Source: Fermentimonas sp. (lineage in GTDB: Bacteria; Bacteroidota; Bacteroidia; Bacteroidales; Dysgonomonadaceae). Taken from it: a stretch of 64,000 nucleotides of DNA. How positions within the stretch are numbered: position 1 is the first letter of the stretch; each line of letters begins with the position of its first letter. Under the pieces are notes generated by a model. The model did not search any database and was not told where the DNA came from. It saw only the letters and a list, made by a program, of their open reading frames with translations. Location of the stretch: NCBI GenBank assembly GCA_015478775.1, contig JADMKP010000008.1:184076-248075 (forward strand), given 5' to 3'. Positions 1 to 8,992 of the stretch are shown here, piece after piece. Made by a program: the position numbers and the translations under genes.

Positions 1-879
1 AAACATGCAATGCAGCTAGAGAACTGTGTTTATGACTTTTTTGAATTAACATCACTCAATATGGCTCAACAAGGGCTTTTTGGAGAGATACTACATGCTG
101 AGGGAGCTTATATTCATGACCTTAGTGCATTTTGGGAATATTATCAAGACGACTGGCGTTTACAGTATAATAAAGAGTTTAGGGGTGATGTATATGCTAC
201 GCACGGAATGGGGCCTGCTGCACAAGCACTTGATATCCATCGTGGCGATAAGATGAATGTCCTTGTAGCTATGGATACGAAGCCTGCAAATATCCCTGAA
301 CACTTGATTAATAAAAGAGGTGTAGACAGAGACAGTGCATACATGTTTGCAAACGGTCAGCATACCATGACAATGATTAGTACAGAAAATGGTAAGACAA
401 TTCATATTCAGCATGATGTTGCATCTCCAAGACCATATTCTAGAATGTATCAATTAAGTGGTACTAAAGGTTTTGCAAATAAATATCCAATGGAAGGATA
501 TGCACTTGATGCTTCATCACTTGAAGGTAGTGAAATACCAAATTTGGAGAATTTAAATGCACATAGTTACGTTTCAAAAGAAACAAAAGATGCTTTGATG
601 GAAACATATAAACACCGCATTCATAGAGAACTAGAAGAGAAAGCAAAGGAAGTTGGCGGACATGGAGGAATGGACTTCATAATGGATTACAGATTGGTTT
701 ACTGCTTACAAAACGGATTGCCATTAGATATGGACGTTTATGACCTTGCAGAATGGTGCTCACTTGCAGAGCTAAGTCGCATTTCATTAGAAAATAACAA
801 TGCTCCTGTTGTAGTACCTGATTTCACACGTGGTAACTGGGATAAGATTGATGGTTACAGACATGCATTTGTGGATTAG
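1..879 (+). CDS. Gfo/Idh/MocA-family oxidoreductase, GH109 (alpha-N-acetylgalactosaminidase-like); 5' end lies outside the window
   Basis: Frame is open from base 1. YATHGMGP and GGHGGMDF motifs and the C-terminal PDFTRG match GH109 NAD-dependent glycosidases; the Rossmann N-terminus is missing. Confidence 0.8.
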   Translation, partial: KHAMQLENCVYDFFELTSLNMAQQGLFGEILHAEGAYIHDLSAFWEYYQDDWRLQYNKEFRGDVYATHGMGPAAQALDIHRGDKMNVLVAMDTKPANIPEHLINKRGVDRDSAYMFANGQHTMTMISTENGKTIHIQHDVASPRPYSRMYQLSGTKGFANKYPMEGYALDASSLEGSEIPNLENLNAHSYVSKETKDALMETYKHRIHRELEEKAKEVGGHGGMDFIMDYRLVYCLQNGLPLDMDVYDLAEWCSLAELSRISLENNNAPVVVPDFTRGNWDKIDGYRHAFVD

Positions 880-934
880 AAAAAGCTGAGATTAAATATT
901 ATTATTTAAAGTATTAGTTTTTAATCTTAAAAAT

Positions 935-970
935 AAAAGAGATTGCTCCAACCAAGGTGCAATCTCTTTT
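935..970 (+). terminator. Intrinsic terminator after the GH109 gene
   Basis: Perfect inverted repeat aaaagagattgc (935-946) / gcaatctctttt (959-970) with a T-run. Confidence 0.85.
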
Positions 971-974
971 TATT

Positions 975-1035
975 ATGCGCCGTGCATGGTGTTTAACTTG
1001 GTGGTGAAAGTCCACTATGGTGGTTCGTAATCGCC
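975..1035 (+). mobile_element. 5'-end fragment (about 60 nt) of a group IIC intron; no RT ORF, no domain V/VI
   Basis: ATGCGCCGTGCATGG (GUGYG-like start) followed by the GTGG-TGAAAGT-CCAC hairpin typical of the start of domain I, located immediately after a terminator stem, the known IIC target. Confidence 0.6.
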
Positions 1036-1044
1036 GGAAAACGA

Positions 1045-1080
1045 AAGTAGGAAGAAAACTACTTCGTTTTCCTCCTACTT
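1045..1080 (-). terminator. Terminator hairpin downstream of tRNA-Pro; copy 1 of a dispersed palindrome
   Basis: Minus strand AAGTAGGAGGAAAAC-GAAGTA-GTTTTCTTCCTACTT, 15-bp stem followed by a T-rich tail. Confidence 0.7.
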
Positions 1081-1091
1081 GATTACTTCAG

Positions 1092-1167
1092 TCGGGATGA
1101 GAAGATTCGAACTTCCGACCCCACGCCCCCCAGACGCGTACTCTAAACCGGACTGAGCTACATCCCG
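1092..1167 (-). tRNA. tRNA-Pro, anticodon GGG
   Basis: Reverse complement CGGGATGTAGCTCAGTCCGGTTTAGAGTACGCGTCTGGGGGGCGTGGGGTCGGAAGTTCGAATCTTCTCATCCCGA folds as a cloverleaf with GTTCGAA T-loop; CCA not encoded. Confidence 0.97.
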
Positions 1168-1179
1168 AAAAAGTGAGTG

Positions 1180-1211
1180 CAAAAATAGTATATTATTTTG
1201 ATTTCCACAAA
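1180..1211 (-). promoter_or_regulatory. Bacteroidota primary-sigma promoter for tRNA-Pro
   Basis: Minus strand TTTG-N20-TATTTTTG, matching the -33/-7 consensus TTTG / TAnnTTTG. Confidence 0.75.
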
Positions 1212-1404
1212 TCAATGTCTGATGCGGTTTAAAATAAATTATGAATAAATTTATGACTAGAACGAAAATAAGTTGTTAATTTGCAAAATTAAATATTGAC
1301 TAATGTGGACGTTGTCTGGATCATTCATCGGTTAATTTGTTTCAGTTGAATGTTATCTCTTTTCGTCCCTATAAATTGACAGTATCAGTAAAACGTTTAA
1401 TAAA

Positions 1405-2451
1405 ATGGCTTATACAGCAAAACAAATAGCTGATTTCCTACACGGAGAAGTGATAGGCAATCCGGATGTCACAGTTTCTAGTTTCTCAAAGATTGAAGAG
1501 GGTAAACCAAATACTCTAACCTTTTTAGCAAATCCAAAATACACATCATATATCTATGAGACGGAATCAGATATAGTGCTTGTGAACAGAGATTTTGTTC
1601 AGGATAAGCCTATAAAGGCAACTCTTGTAAAAGTTGATAATGCTTATGCTGCATTAGGTGCTTTAATGGAAATGGTAAATCAAAGTATTCCCAAAAAAAA
1701 TGGTGTAGAAGGGATGAGTTTTGTTTCATCTTTGGCTACAATTGGTAAAGATGTTTACATTGGGTCCTTTGCTTATATTGCAGATAATGTAATTATTGAG
1801 GATAATAGTAAGATTTATCCGAACTCCTATATTGGTGATAATGTAAAGATTGGTAAGAATACAATCATTTTTCCCGGTGTTAAAATTTATCACGACTCAA
1901 TTATTGGAAGTAACGTAATTATACACTCAGGTGCAGTTATAGGAGCAGATGGCTTTGGATTCAGTAGAAATGGCAATGTTTATAATAAAATTCCTCAGCT
2001 GGGCAATGTCATTATTGAGGATGATGTAGAAATTGGAGCTAACACCACTATCGACAGGTCTGTAATGGGTTCTACAATAATACATAAAGGGGTTAAACTC
2101 GACAATTTAATACAAATTGCTCATAATTGTGAAATTGGCGAGAATACAGCTATGGCCGCTCAAGTGGGAATTGCTGGTTCTACAAAAATAGAAGAGAACT
2201 GTGTCTTAGGTGGACAGGTAGGTATTGGTGGACATATAACAATAGGTAAAAACAGCCAGATTGGTGCACAGTCGGGTATTATAAGTAATATAAAAGAAGG
2301 GTCTGAACTGTTAGGATCTCCTGCATACCCAGTTAAGAATTTCTTCAAATCTAGTATCATTATTCCCAAACTTCCTGATATATACAGGCAAATAAATGTA
2401 ATGGAGAAAGAACTTGCCGAATTAAAAAGGAAAATGGAAACTACTGATTGA
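1405..2451 (+). CDS. lpxD: UDP-3-O-(3-hydroxyacyl)glucosamine N-acyltransferase
   Basis: N-terminal LTFLANPKY, hexapeptide repeats, [11 protein letters not shown] and [11 protein letters not shown] motifs. Confidence 0.97.
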   Translation: MAYTAKQIADFLHGEVIGNPDVTVSSFSKIEEGKPNTLTFLANPKYTSYIYETESDIVLVNRDFVQDKPIKATLVKVDNAYAALGALMEMVNQSIPKKNGVEGMSFVSSLATIGKDVYIGSFAYIADNVIIEDNSKIYPNSYIGDNVKIGKNTIIFPGVKIYHDSIIGSNVIIHSGAVIGADGFGFSRNGNVYNKIPQLGNVIIEDDVEIGANTTIDRSVMGSTIIHKGVKLDNLIQIAHNCEIGENTAMAAQVGIAGSTKIEENCVLGGQVGIGGHITIGKNSQIGAQSGIISNIKEGSELLGSPAYPVKNFFKSSIIIPKLPDIYRQINVMEKELAELKRKMETTD

Positions 2452-2566
2452 TCAATCGTTTTTATTTCGACTTAATAAACATTTTACATTTTGTTACACG
2501 AATTTGTGCTTTTGATTGTATCTTTGCACAAATATAGGTAAAATGAGAAATTAAATATATATTACA

Positions 2567-3949
2567 GTGAAACAGCAAACATTACAAGGTAGCTTCACAT
2601 TAAAAGGTGTGGGTCTGCACACTGGGTTAGAAATTGTTGTAACATTTAATCCTGCGCCCGAAAATCACGGAGTAAAGATTAAGAGAGTTGATCTTGAAAA
2701 TCAACCAATATTAGATGCATTAGCAGAAAATGTTGTTAATACTCAACGTGGTACTGTAATTGGCAAAGACGGAGTTACAGTTAGTACAATTGAACATGGT
2801 ATGGCGGCATTGTATGCACTAGGTATAGATAACTGTCTTATTGAAGTGGATGCATCAGAATTTCCAATACTTGATGGTAGTTCAATCGAGTATGTGAAAG
2901 AAATAACTAAAGTTGGAATAGAAGCTCAGAGCAAGGATAAGGATTTCTACGTAGTTAGAAAAAAGATTGAAGTAACTGATCCTGAGACGGGTTCAAAACT
3001 CACATTATTACCGGATGATTCGTTTTGTATCAATTCATTTATAGAATTTGATTCTAAATATATACCAAACCAGTCGGCAACCATGGACTCTGTAACTGAT
3101 TTTCAGACAGAGATTGCTCCTTCAAGAACATTTGTTTTTGTACGCGAGATACAAAAGTTACGTGAAGCCGGACTCATTAAAGGTGGAAGTCTTGAAAATG
3201 CTATTGTAATTTATGAGAGGGAACTTCCTCAGGATGAACTTGACATAATTGCCGACGAGCTGAAGGTGCCTAGGCAAAATGCGAAAGAATTAGGTTATCT
3301 CAATAGTCGCAAATTAGTATTTCCTAACGAGCCAGCTAGGCATAAATTGTTAGATATTATTGGTGATATGGCTTTAATTGGAAAACCAATTAAAGGAAGG
3401 CTTATAGCCTATCGTCCTGGTCATATGATTAATAATAAACTTGCGCGACTCATTCGTAAAGATATTAAATTAAATGAGGTTCAACCTCCTGTTTATGATC
3501 CTACTTTAGAGCCTGTTATGGATAATATACGTATTCGCGAACTGTTGCCTCACCGATATCCATTTCTGATGGTTGATAAAATTATTCAAATGACTGATAA
3601 GTTTATTGTAGGAGTAAAAAATATAACTTCAAATGAACCTTTTTTTACCGGTCATTTCCCCCAAGAACCAGTTATGCCAGGTGTCTTACAAATAGAAGCT
3701 ATGGCGCAAACTGGGGGACTGCTTGTTCTTTCTGGATTAGATAATCCTGAAAAGTATTCTACGTATTTTCTTAAGATTGATAATGTTAAATTCAGACATA
3801 AGGTTGTACCTGGCGATACCATCATCTTCCGCGTAGAACTTTCAAGCGAAATGAGAAGAGGAATTGCCACAATGCGTGGTTTAGCATTTATTGGAGATAA
3901 AGTTATCTCAGAAGCAGATTTCACTGCACAGATAGTAAAAAATAAATAA
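2567..3949 (+). CDS. lpxC-fabZ: Bifunctional LpxC deacetylase / FabZ dehydratase (GTG start)
   Basis: GVGLHTG, TIEH and RHKLLDIIGD zinc motifs, followed by the FabZ LLPHRYPFLMVD and GHFPQEPVMPGVL motifs; typical Bacteroidota fusion. Confidence 0.97.
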   Translation: MKQQTLQGSFTLKGVGLHTGLEIVVTFNPAPENHGVKIKRVDLENQPILDALAENVVNTQRGTVIGKDGVTVSTIEHGMAALYALGIDNCLIEVDASEFPILDGSSIEYVKEITKVGIEAQSKDKDFYVVRKKIEVTDPETGSKLTLLPDDSFCINSFIEFDSKYIPNQSATMDSVTDFQTEIAPSRTFVFVREIQKLREAGLIKGGSLENAIVIYERELPQDELDIIADELKVPRQNAKELGYLNSRKLVFPNEPARHKLLDIIGDMALIGKPIKGRLIAYRPGHMINNKLARLIRKDIKLNEVQPPVYDPTLEPVMDNIRIRELLPHRYPFLMVDKIIQMTDKFIVGVKNITSNEPFFTGHFPQEPVMPGVLQIEAMAQTGGLLVLSGLDNPEKYSTYFLKIDNVKFRHKVVPGDTIIFRVELSSEMRRGIATMRGLAFIGDKVISEADFTAQIVKNK

Positions 3950-3968
3950 CAAATAACTAAGTTTATAT

Positions 3969-4757
3969 ATGAATTCTGTTTCGAATTTAGCTTTTGTACA
4001 TCCTGAAGCAAAGCTGGGCGATAATATTATTGTGGAACCATTCGCATTTGTTGATAGCAATACTGTAATTGGAGATGGAACACGAATAATGAGTCATTCA
4101 ACCATCCTATATGGTTCACGTATTGGTAAAAATTGCACTATATTTCCTCACGCAACCATTGCAGGAGTTCCACAAGACCTCAAGTTTCAAGGGGAAGATA
4201 CAACTGCTGAAGTTGGTGATAATACAATAGTGCGAGAGTGTGCAACTATTAATCGTGGAACAGCATCAAGAGGAAGAACTATTGTTGGTAGTAACTGTCT
4301 TATTATGGCATACAGCCACGTCGCTCATGATTGTATACTTAATAATAATATAATTATTGGCAATGCTACACAATTGGCAGGTGAAGTTGAAATTGATGAC
4401 TATGCTATTATTAGTGGAGGTTCTCTAATTCATCAGTTTACTCGAATAGGAGCACATGCAATGATTCAAGGAGGTTCTAAAATACCAAAGGATATTCCAC
4501 CTTTTGCGCTCGTTGGCCGCGAACCAATAGTATATATGGGTCTTAATGTAGTAGGCCTTCGCAGAAGAGGTTTTAGCGGCGAGCAGATCAATTCAATACA
4601 GGAGATTTATCGTTATATATACCAGACCGGATATAATGTTTCACAGGCTACAGAAAAGATAGAAAACGAGCTTCCCGAGACTGATGAACGCAATCATATA
4701 TTAGAATTTATCCGCACTTCGAGCAGAGGCATAGTTCGTGGAAATATGGAGGGTTAG
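3969..4757 (+). CDS. lpxA: UDP-N-acetylglucosamine O-acyltransferase
   Basis: Hexapeptide repeats, PQDLKF, RECATINRGT, MAYSHVAHDC, HQF. Confidence 0.97.
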   Translation: MNSVSNLAFVHPEAKLGDNIIVEPFAFVDSNTVIGDGTRIMSHSTILYGSRIGKNCTIFPHATIAGVPQDLKFQGEDTTAEVGDNTIVRECATINRGTASRGRTIVGSNCLIMAYSHVAHDCILNNNIIIGNATQLAGEVEIDDYAIISGGSLIHQFTRIGAHAMIQGGSKIPKDIPPFALVGREPIVYMGLNVVGLRRRGFSGEQINSIQEIYRYIYQTGYNVSQATEKIENELPETDERNHILEFIRTSSRGIVRGNMEG

Positions 4758-4760
4758 GGT

Positions 4761-5786
4761 ATGCAGCAAATCTTTTTTCCGGCTGAATGGCATTCACAAA
4801 GTGGTGTTCAGTTAACCTGGCCACATATTGATACAGATTGGGTTGATATATTAGAAGAGGTTATTGATTGTTACGTCTCTATATCCAGGGAGATAATAAA
4901 AAGGGAAAAACTAATAATAGTTGCTTCAGCTAATTCAGATGTTGAACAATACTTTTCTGATGAGGAGAAGAATAATATCATTTTTACTGAAATAGAGAGC
5001 AACGATACCTGGGCAAGAGATCATAGTTTAATTTCTGTAATTATAGATAATAAGCCAGCCTTATTGGACTTTGGATTCAATGGTTGGGGCCTTAAATTTG
5101 CAGCAAATCTCGATAATCAAATCAATAACAAACTTTACAAAAAGTCCGTATTTAAATCGGATGTAGAATATAAGAATAATCTAAACTTTATACTAGAGGG
5201 CGGATCAATAGAGACTGATGGAAAAGGTACTTTGCTTACAACATCTCAGTGTTTATTAGCACCTAATAGAAATCAGCCTTTAACCAGAGAACAGATAGAG
5301 GAGCATTTTAAACGTGTTCTGGGGATTAACAGAGTGTTGTGGCTCAATTATGGCTTCCTTGCAGGTGATGATACTGATAGTCACATTGATACACTGGCAC
5401 GGTTTTGCGATGAGGATACCATTGCTTATGTGAAATGTGATGATGTAACTGATTTGCATTACTTTGAACTAAAGCAAATGGAAAGTGAGTTAAAGTCGTT
5501 CGTTAAATCCAACGGAGAGCCATATAATCTTTTACCTCTTCCAATGGTTGATGCTTTATATGGCAATAACGGTCGATTACCAGCTACTTACGCCAATTTT
5601 TTAATTATAAATAATGCTGTTCTGGTCCCAACATACGGTACAAAAAAAGATGAGATTGCGAAGAATCAATTAAAGAAGCAATTTCAAGAAAGAGATATTA
5701 TAGGAATTGACTGTAGGACATTAATTAAGCAGAATGGATCGCTTCACTGTATAACTATGCAGTTTCCTGAGGGGTTTATTCGATAG
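4761..5786 (+). CDS. aguA: Agmatine deiminase (PPAD family)
   Basis: FPAEW, WARD, LEGGSIETDG, SHIDTLARF, ATYANFLI and GSLHCITMQ with the catalytic Cys. Confidence 0.92.
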   Translation: MQQIFFPAEWHSQSGVQLTWPHIDTDWVDILEEVIDCYVSISREIIKREKLIIVASANSDVEQYFSDEEKNNIIFTEIESNDTWARDHSLISVIIDNKPALLDFGFNGWGLKFAANLDNQINNKLYKKSVFKSDVEYKNNLNFILEGGSIETDGKGTLLTTSQCLLAPNRNQPLTREQIEEHFKRVLGINRVLWLNYGFLAGDDTDSHIDTLARFCDEDTIAYVKCDDVTDLHYFELKQMESELKSFVKSNGEPYNLLPLPMVDALYGNNGRLPATYANFLIINNAVLVPTYGTKKDEIAKNQLKKQFQERDIIGIDCRTLIKQNGSLHCITMQFPEGFIR

Positions 5787-5927
5787 ATCTTAAGAGATGA
5801 AAGAAAGTCAATTTTCATTTTATTTAAGAGGAGTCATTATTGCAAATTACAGTACACTTTTGACAGAGAATAAACAAATATTCCATTTTTAGAGTTAACT
5901 TAAAAGAAATCTTTAATTATAGTTATT

Positions 5928-6800
5928 ATGAAAGTAGGAATCATACAACAAGCAAATAATTCTGACATTACAAGTAATTTAAATAAACTTCAGGATAAAG
6001 TAAGATCACTTGCAAGTGAAGGTGCCGAACTTATTGTTATGCAGGAGTTGCATAATGGGTTATATTTTTGTCAGACAGAAAATCCTGATGTTTTTGAACA
6101 GGCCGAAACAATTCCTGGACATTCTACTAATCTTTTTGGGAATCTTGCAAAGGAACTTGGAGTTGTAATTATTCTTTCGCTTTTTGAGAAGCGTGCGGCA
6201 GGACTTTATCATAATACTGCTGTTGTAATTGAGAAAGATGGTACGATTGCCGGAACATATCGTAAAATGCATATTCCTGATGATCCCGCATATTATGAGA
6301 AATTTTACTTCACACCCGGAGATTTGGGTTTTCGCCCTATAGACACATCTGTAGGAAGGTTAGGCTTACTTGTTTGCTGGGATCAGTGGTATCCCGAAGC
6401 TGCTAGACTTATGGCTATGTCAGGCGCAGAAATGCTCATCTATCCAACAGCAATCGGTTGGGAATCAACTGATAGTGATGATGAGAAACAGCGCCAGTTG
6501 GATGCATGGATTACAATACAACGTGGACATGCTGTAGCAAATGGTATTCCGGTAATTGCAGTTAATCGTACTGGTTATGAGGCCGATCCTTCAGGCGTAA
6601 CTAATGGCATTAATTTTTGGGGCAATAGTTTTATTTGTGGTCCACAAGGTGAGTTTTTATTTCAGGCACAAGAAGGAGAAGAAACGCATATTGTGGAGAT
6701 TGACAAGAAAAGAACTGAAAATGTGAGACGTTGGTGGCCCTTTTTCCGTGATCGTCGTATAGAGGATTATAAAAATCTTACAAAACGTTGGATTGATTGA
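5928..6800 (+). CDS. aguB: N-carbamoylputrescine amidase (carbon-nitrogen hydrolase)
   Basis: Nitrilase triad in QELH, YRKMHIPDDP and VCWDQWYPE; lies next to agmatine deiminase. Confidence 0.9.
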   Translation: MKVGIIQQANNSDITSNLNKLQDKVRSLASEGAELIVMQELHNGLYFCQTENPDVFEQAETIPGHSTNLFGNLAKELGVVIILSLFEKRAAGLYHNTAVVIEKDGTIAGTYRKMHIPDDPAYYEKFYFTPGDLGFRPIDTSVGRLGLLVCWDQWYPEAARLMAMSGAEMLIYPTAIGWESTDSDDEKQRQLDAWITIQRGHAVANGIPVIAVNRTGYEADPSGVTNGINFWGNSFICGPQGEFLFQAQEGEETHIVEIDKKRTENVRRWWPFFRDRRIEDYKNLTKRWID

Positions 6801-6859
6801 AATGATTATTGAATAGGATTGAAATAACTAATTGACAAGTCTGTCTTTAATATCGTACT

Positions 6860-6893
6860 AAAAGGCCGCTCCATATTAATGAGGCGGCCTTTT
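6860..6893. terminator. Bidirectional terminator between convergent aguB and the lipoprotein gene
   Basis: aaaaggccgc / gcggcctttt inverted repeat with A- and T-runs. Confidence 0.85.
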
Positions 6894-6921
6894 ATTGAAA
6901 TTAAAAACACACACATGAAAA

Positions 6922-8244
6922 TTATCTGCGACTAGACGAAGATCTTGTATTTGTAGAGCTACTGCTGGCTCTGTTGTTTCTGCTAGAGCTTGAAGAAGAG
7001 CTAGATCTCACAGTTGATGTTCTGTTACTTGTGTTATTGCTATTTTGAGTTCTTGCAGTAGCATTTCTGTTACTTGATGTTGAAGAACTTCTTGTTTGAT
7101 TTACAGTTGAACTTCTATTGTTATTAGTACTGTTTCTATTTGTAGAGTTAACTGTTGCATTCCTATTAGAGGTGTTGCTTCTGTCAGTTCGAGTTGTAGT
7201 AGCATTTCTTGTAGTAGTTGAGTTTCTATTAGTAGATGTGTTCCTGTTATTTGGATTAACAGTCGCATTTCTGTTTGTGCTACTATTCCTTTCAGTTGAA
7301 TTTACAGTTGCGTTTCTATTTGAACTACTATTTCTTTCGGTAGAATTAACAGTTGCGTTTCTATTAGTTGTAGCGTTTCTATTAGATGTTGCACTTCTAT
7401 TAGTTGTTGCATTTCTGTTAGATTCGTTGATTGTTGCGTTGCGTGTAGTGCTATTATTTCTTACTCCGGATTCGGGACGGTAAACAGTCACTGCATTATT
7501 GCTAACTCTGGTGCTCCTACCTGAAGTGCGATTGTTATTACTTTCTAGTTTATGAACAGTTGCCCTTCTGCCAGTGGTTCTTTCGAAATCATTACTGCTA
7601 GGACCACTGTAGTAGCGATTGTCGTTATATATGTATGTATTATTTATAATTGTTGTACGGTTATATATTGCTGGAGTATATCTATCATAATATCTGTGCA
7701 TATTTCTATGATACATTCTTTTATGTGGTAAAAATGTCCAGTAACTACCCGGTAAATTTATATTGATGTTTATATTAAGTCCAGGAGACATTGGTGCCCA
7801 TCCGTAGTATCCACCACCACTTCTCCAAGAAACCCAAGCTGGCGCCCACTCATATCCTGGTACCCAAGCCCATCCGTAATAATCGTCGTGGTACCATCTT
7901 CCATAGTGGAAAGGAGCCCAACCCCATGAATAATTAGATACCCATGTGTTACCATGGTCGGTCATTACCCAATATCCATTTGATGCATAAGGATGAAAGT
8001 CTCTACCTACATTTGGAACCCAAACCCGGCCGTAATTACCATTGTTGATCCATCTGCCGTGCGGCCTTAATTCATTGTAAAAAACATTGAAATTTACCCC
8101 GCTGTTATTATAGTTATCGTAATACTCTTCTTCGTAGTAATTATCATATCCCTGTGAGTACATCTCTCTTGAAGAGAAGCATGATGTAAGTAGAAGTGCA
8201 AGTATTGCTAGAACTACTGGGTGTTTTATTGCTTTTGCTTTCAT
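6922..8244 (-). CDS. Lipoprotein with a Trp/Gly/Tyr-rich repeat domain (DUF6600-like) and a long N/R/S/T low-complexity tail
   Basis: Lipobox LLLTSC; WGWAPFHYGRW and GWAWVPG motifs; tail of repeated RNAT units. Confidence 0.8.
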   Translation of the reverse strand: MKAKAIKHPVVLAILALLLTSCFSSREMYSQGYDNYYEEEYYDNYNNSGVNFNVFYNELRPHGRWINNGNYGRVWVPNVGRDFHPYASNGYWVMTDHGNTWVSNYSWGWAPFHYGRWYHDDYYGWAWVPGYEWAPAWVSWRSGGGYYGWAPMSPGLNINININLPGSYWTFLPHKRMYHRNMHRYYDRYTPAIYNRTTIINNTYIYNDNRYYSGPSSNDFERTTGRRATVHKLESNNNRTSGRSTRVSNNAVTVYRPESGVRNNSTTRNATINESNRNATTNRSATSNRNATTNRNATVNSTERNSSSNRNATVNSTERNSSTNRNATVNPNNRNTSTNRNSTTTRNATTTRTDRSNTSNRNATVNSTNRNSTNNNRSSTVNQTRSSSTSSNRNATARTQNSNNTSNRTSTVRSSSSSSSSRNNRASSSSTNTRSSSSRR

Positions 8245-8328
8245 ATCCGTATGTTTTAATTGGGTGATACATCATTTATTTAACACTATGACCTCATTTT
8301 AAAAGAATGGTTTAACACATAAAAGAAA

Positions 8329-8365
8329 AAGGGCTCAAATCAGAATATATCTAATTTGAGCCCTT
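8329..8365 (-). terminator. Terminator of the rnf operon
   Basis: aagggctcaaat / atttgagccctt inverted repeat; T-run follows on the minus strand. Confidence 0.8.
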
Positions 8366-8395
8366 GTATGTTATATGTTTCTGTAATTTGCTGTT

Positions 8396-8980
8396 TTATT
8401 TGAATACCTGATCAATTCCAGAGAATCCCATAAATGCCATAGCAATAACACCCGCGGTTATAAGCGCAATTGGTATACCCTGCATTGACTTTGGCACTTT
8501 AGTAAGAGCAAGTTGCTCACGAATACTTGAGAATATGATCAATGCCATTGCATATCCAATAGCAGTAGCAACAGCATAAATAACAGATTCCAGCAGATTG
8601 TATTCTTTTTGAATAACCAGAATAGCTACTCCCAGAATAACACAATTTGTTGTGATGAGTGGTAAGAAAACTCCCAATGCCTGATATAATGAAGGAGAAA
8701 TTTTTTTAAGTATAATCTCAACCATTTGCACCAAAGCAGCAATTACCAATATAAAAGTAATGGTCTGAAGATATTCAAGTCCATATGGTTCGAGTATGGC
8801 TTTTTGAACAAGAAATGTAACTATTGTAGCTATTGTTAGCACAAACATAACTGCCAGTCCCATTCCAACTGCTGTATCCACTTTTTTAGAAACACCCAAA
8901 AAAGGACATATTCCTAAAAACTGTGAGAATACAACGTTATTAACAAAAATAGCGACTATTATAATTCCAATTAATTCCAT
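8396..8980 (-). CDS. rnfA: Rnf complex subunit A
   Basis: FLGICPFLG and LITTNCVILG; six hydrophobic segments; operon position. Confidence 0.95.
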   Translation of the reverse strand: MELIGIIIVAIFVNNVVFSQFLGICPFLGVSKKVDTAVGMGLAVMFVLTIATIVTFLVQKAILEPYGLEYLQTITFILVIAALVQMVEIILKKISPSLYQALGVFLPLITTNCVILGVAILVIQKEYNLLESVIYAVATAIGYAMALIIFSSIREQLALTKVPKSMQGIPIALITAGVIAMAFMGFSGIDQVFK

Positions 8981-8992
8981 AATGATAATTAT

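Noticed and set aside
1092-1167. tRNA-Pro (and tRNA-Ser at 57923) as island integration sites
   Set aside because: No integrase and no duplicated tRNA 3' end in the window; flanking genes are core.
6797-6835. Degenerate GATTGA/AATGATT micro-repeats after aguB
   Set aside because: Too short and irregular to distinguish from AT-rich background.
7118-7483. 121-aa Leu/Val/Phe-rich ORF on the + strand that looks like a membrane protein
   Set aside because: Antisense shadow of the N/R/S/T repeat tail of the lipoprotein; its hydrophobicity follows from the complementary codons.
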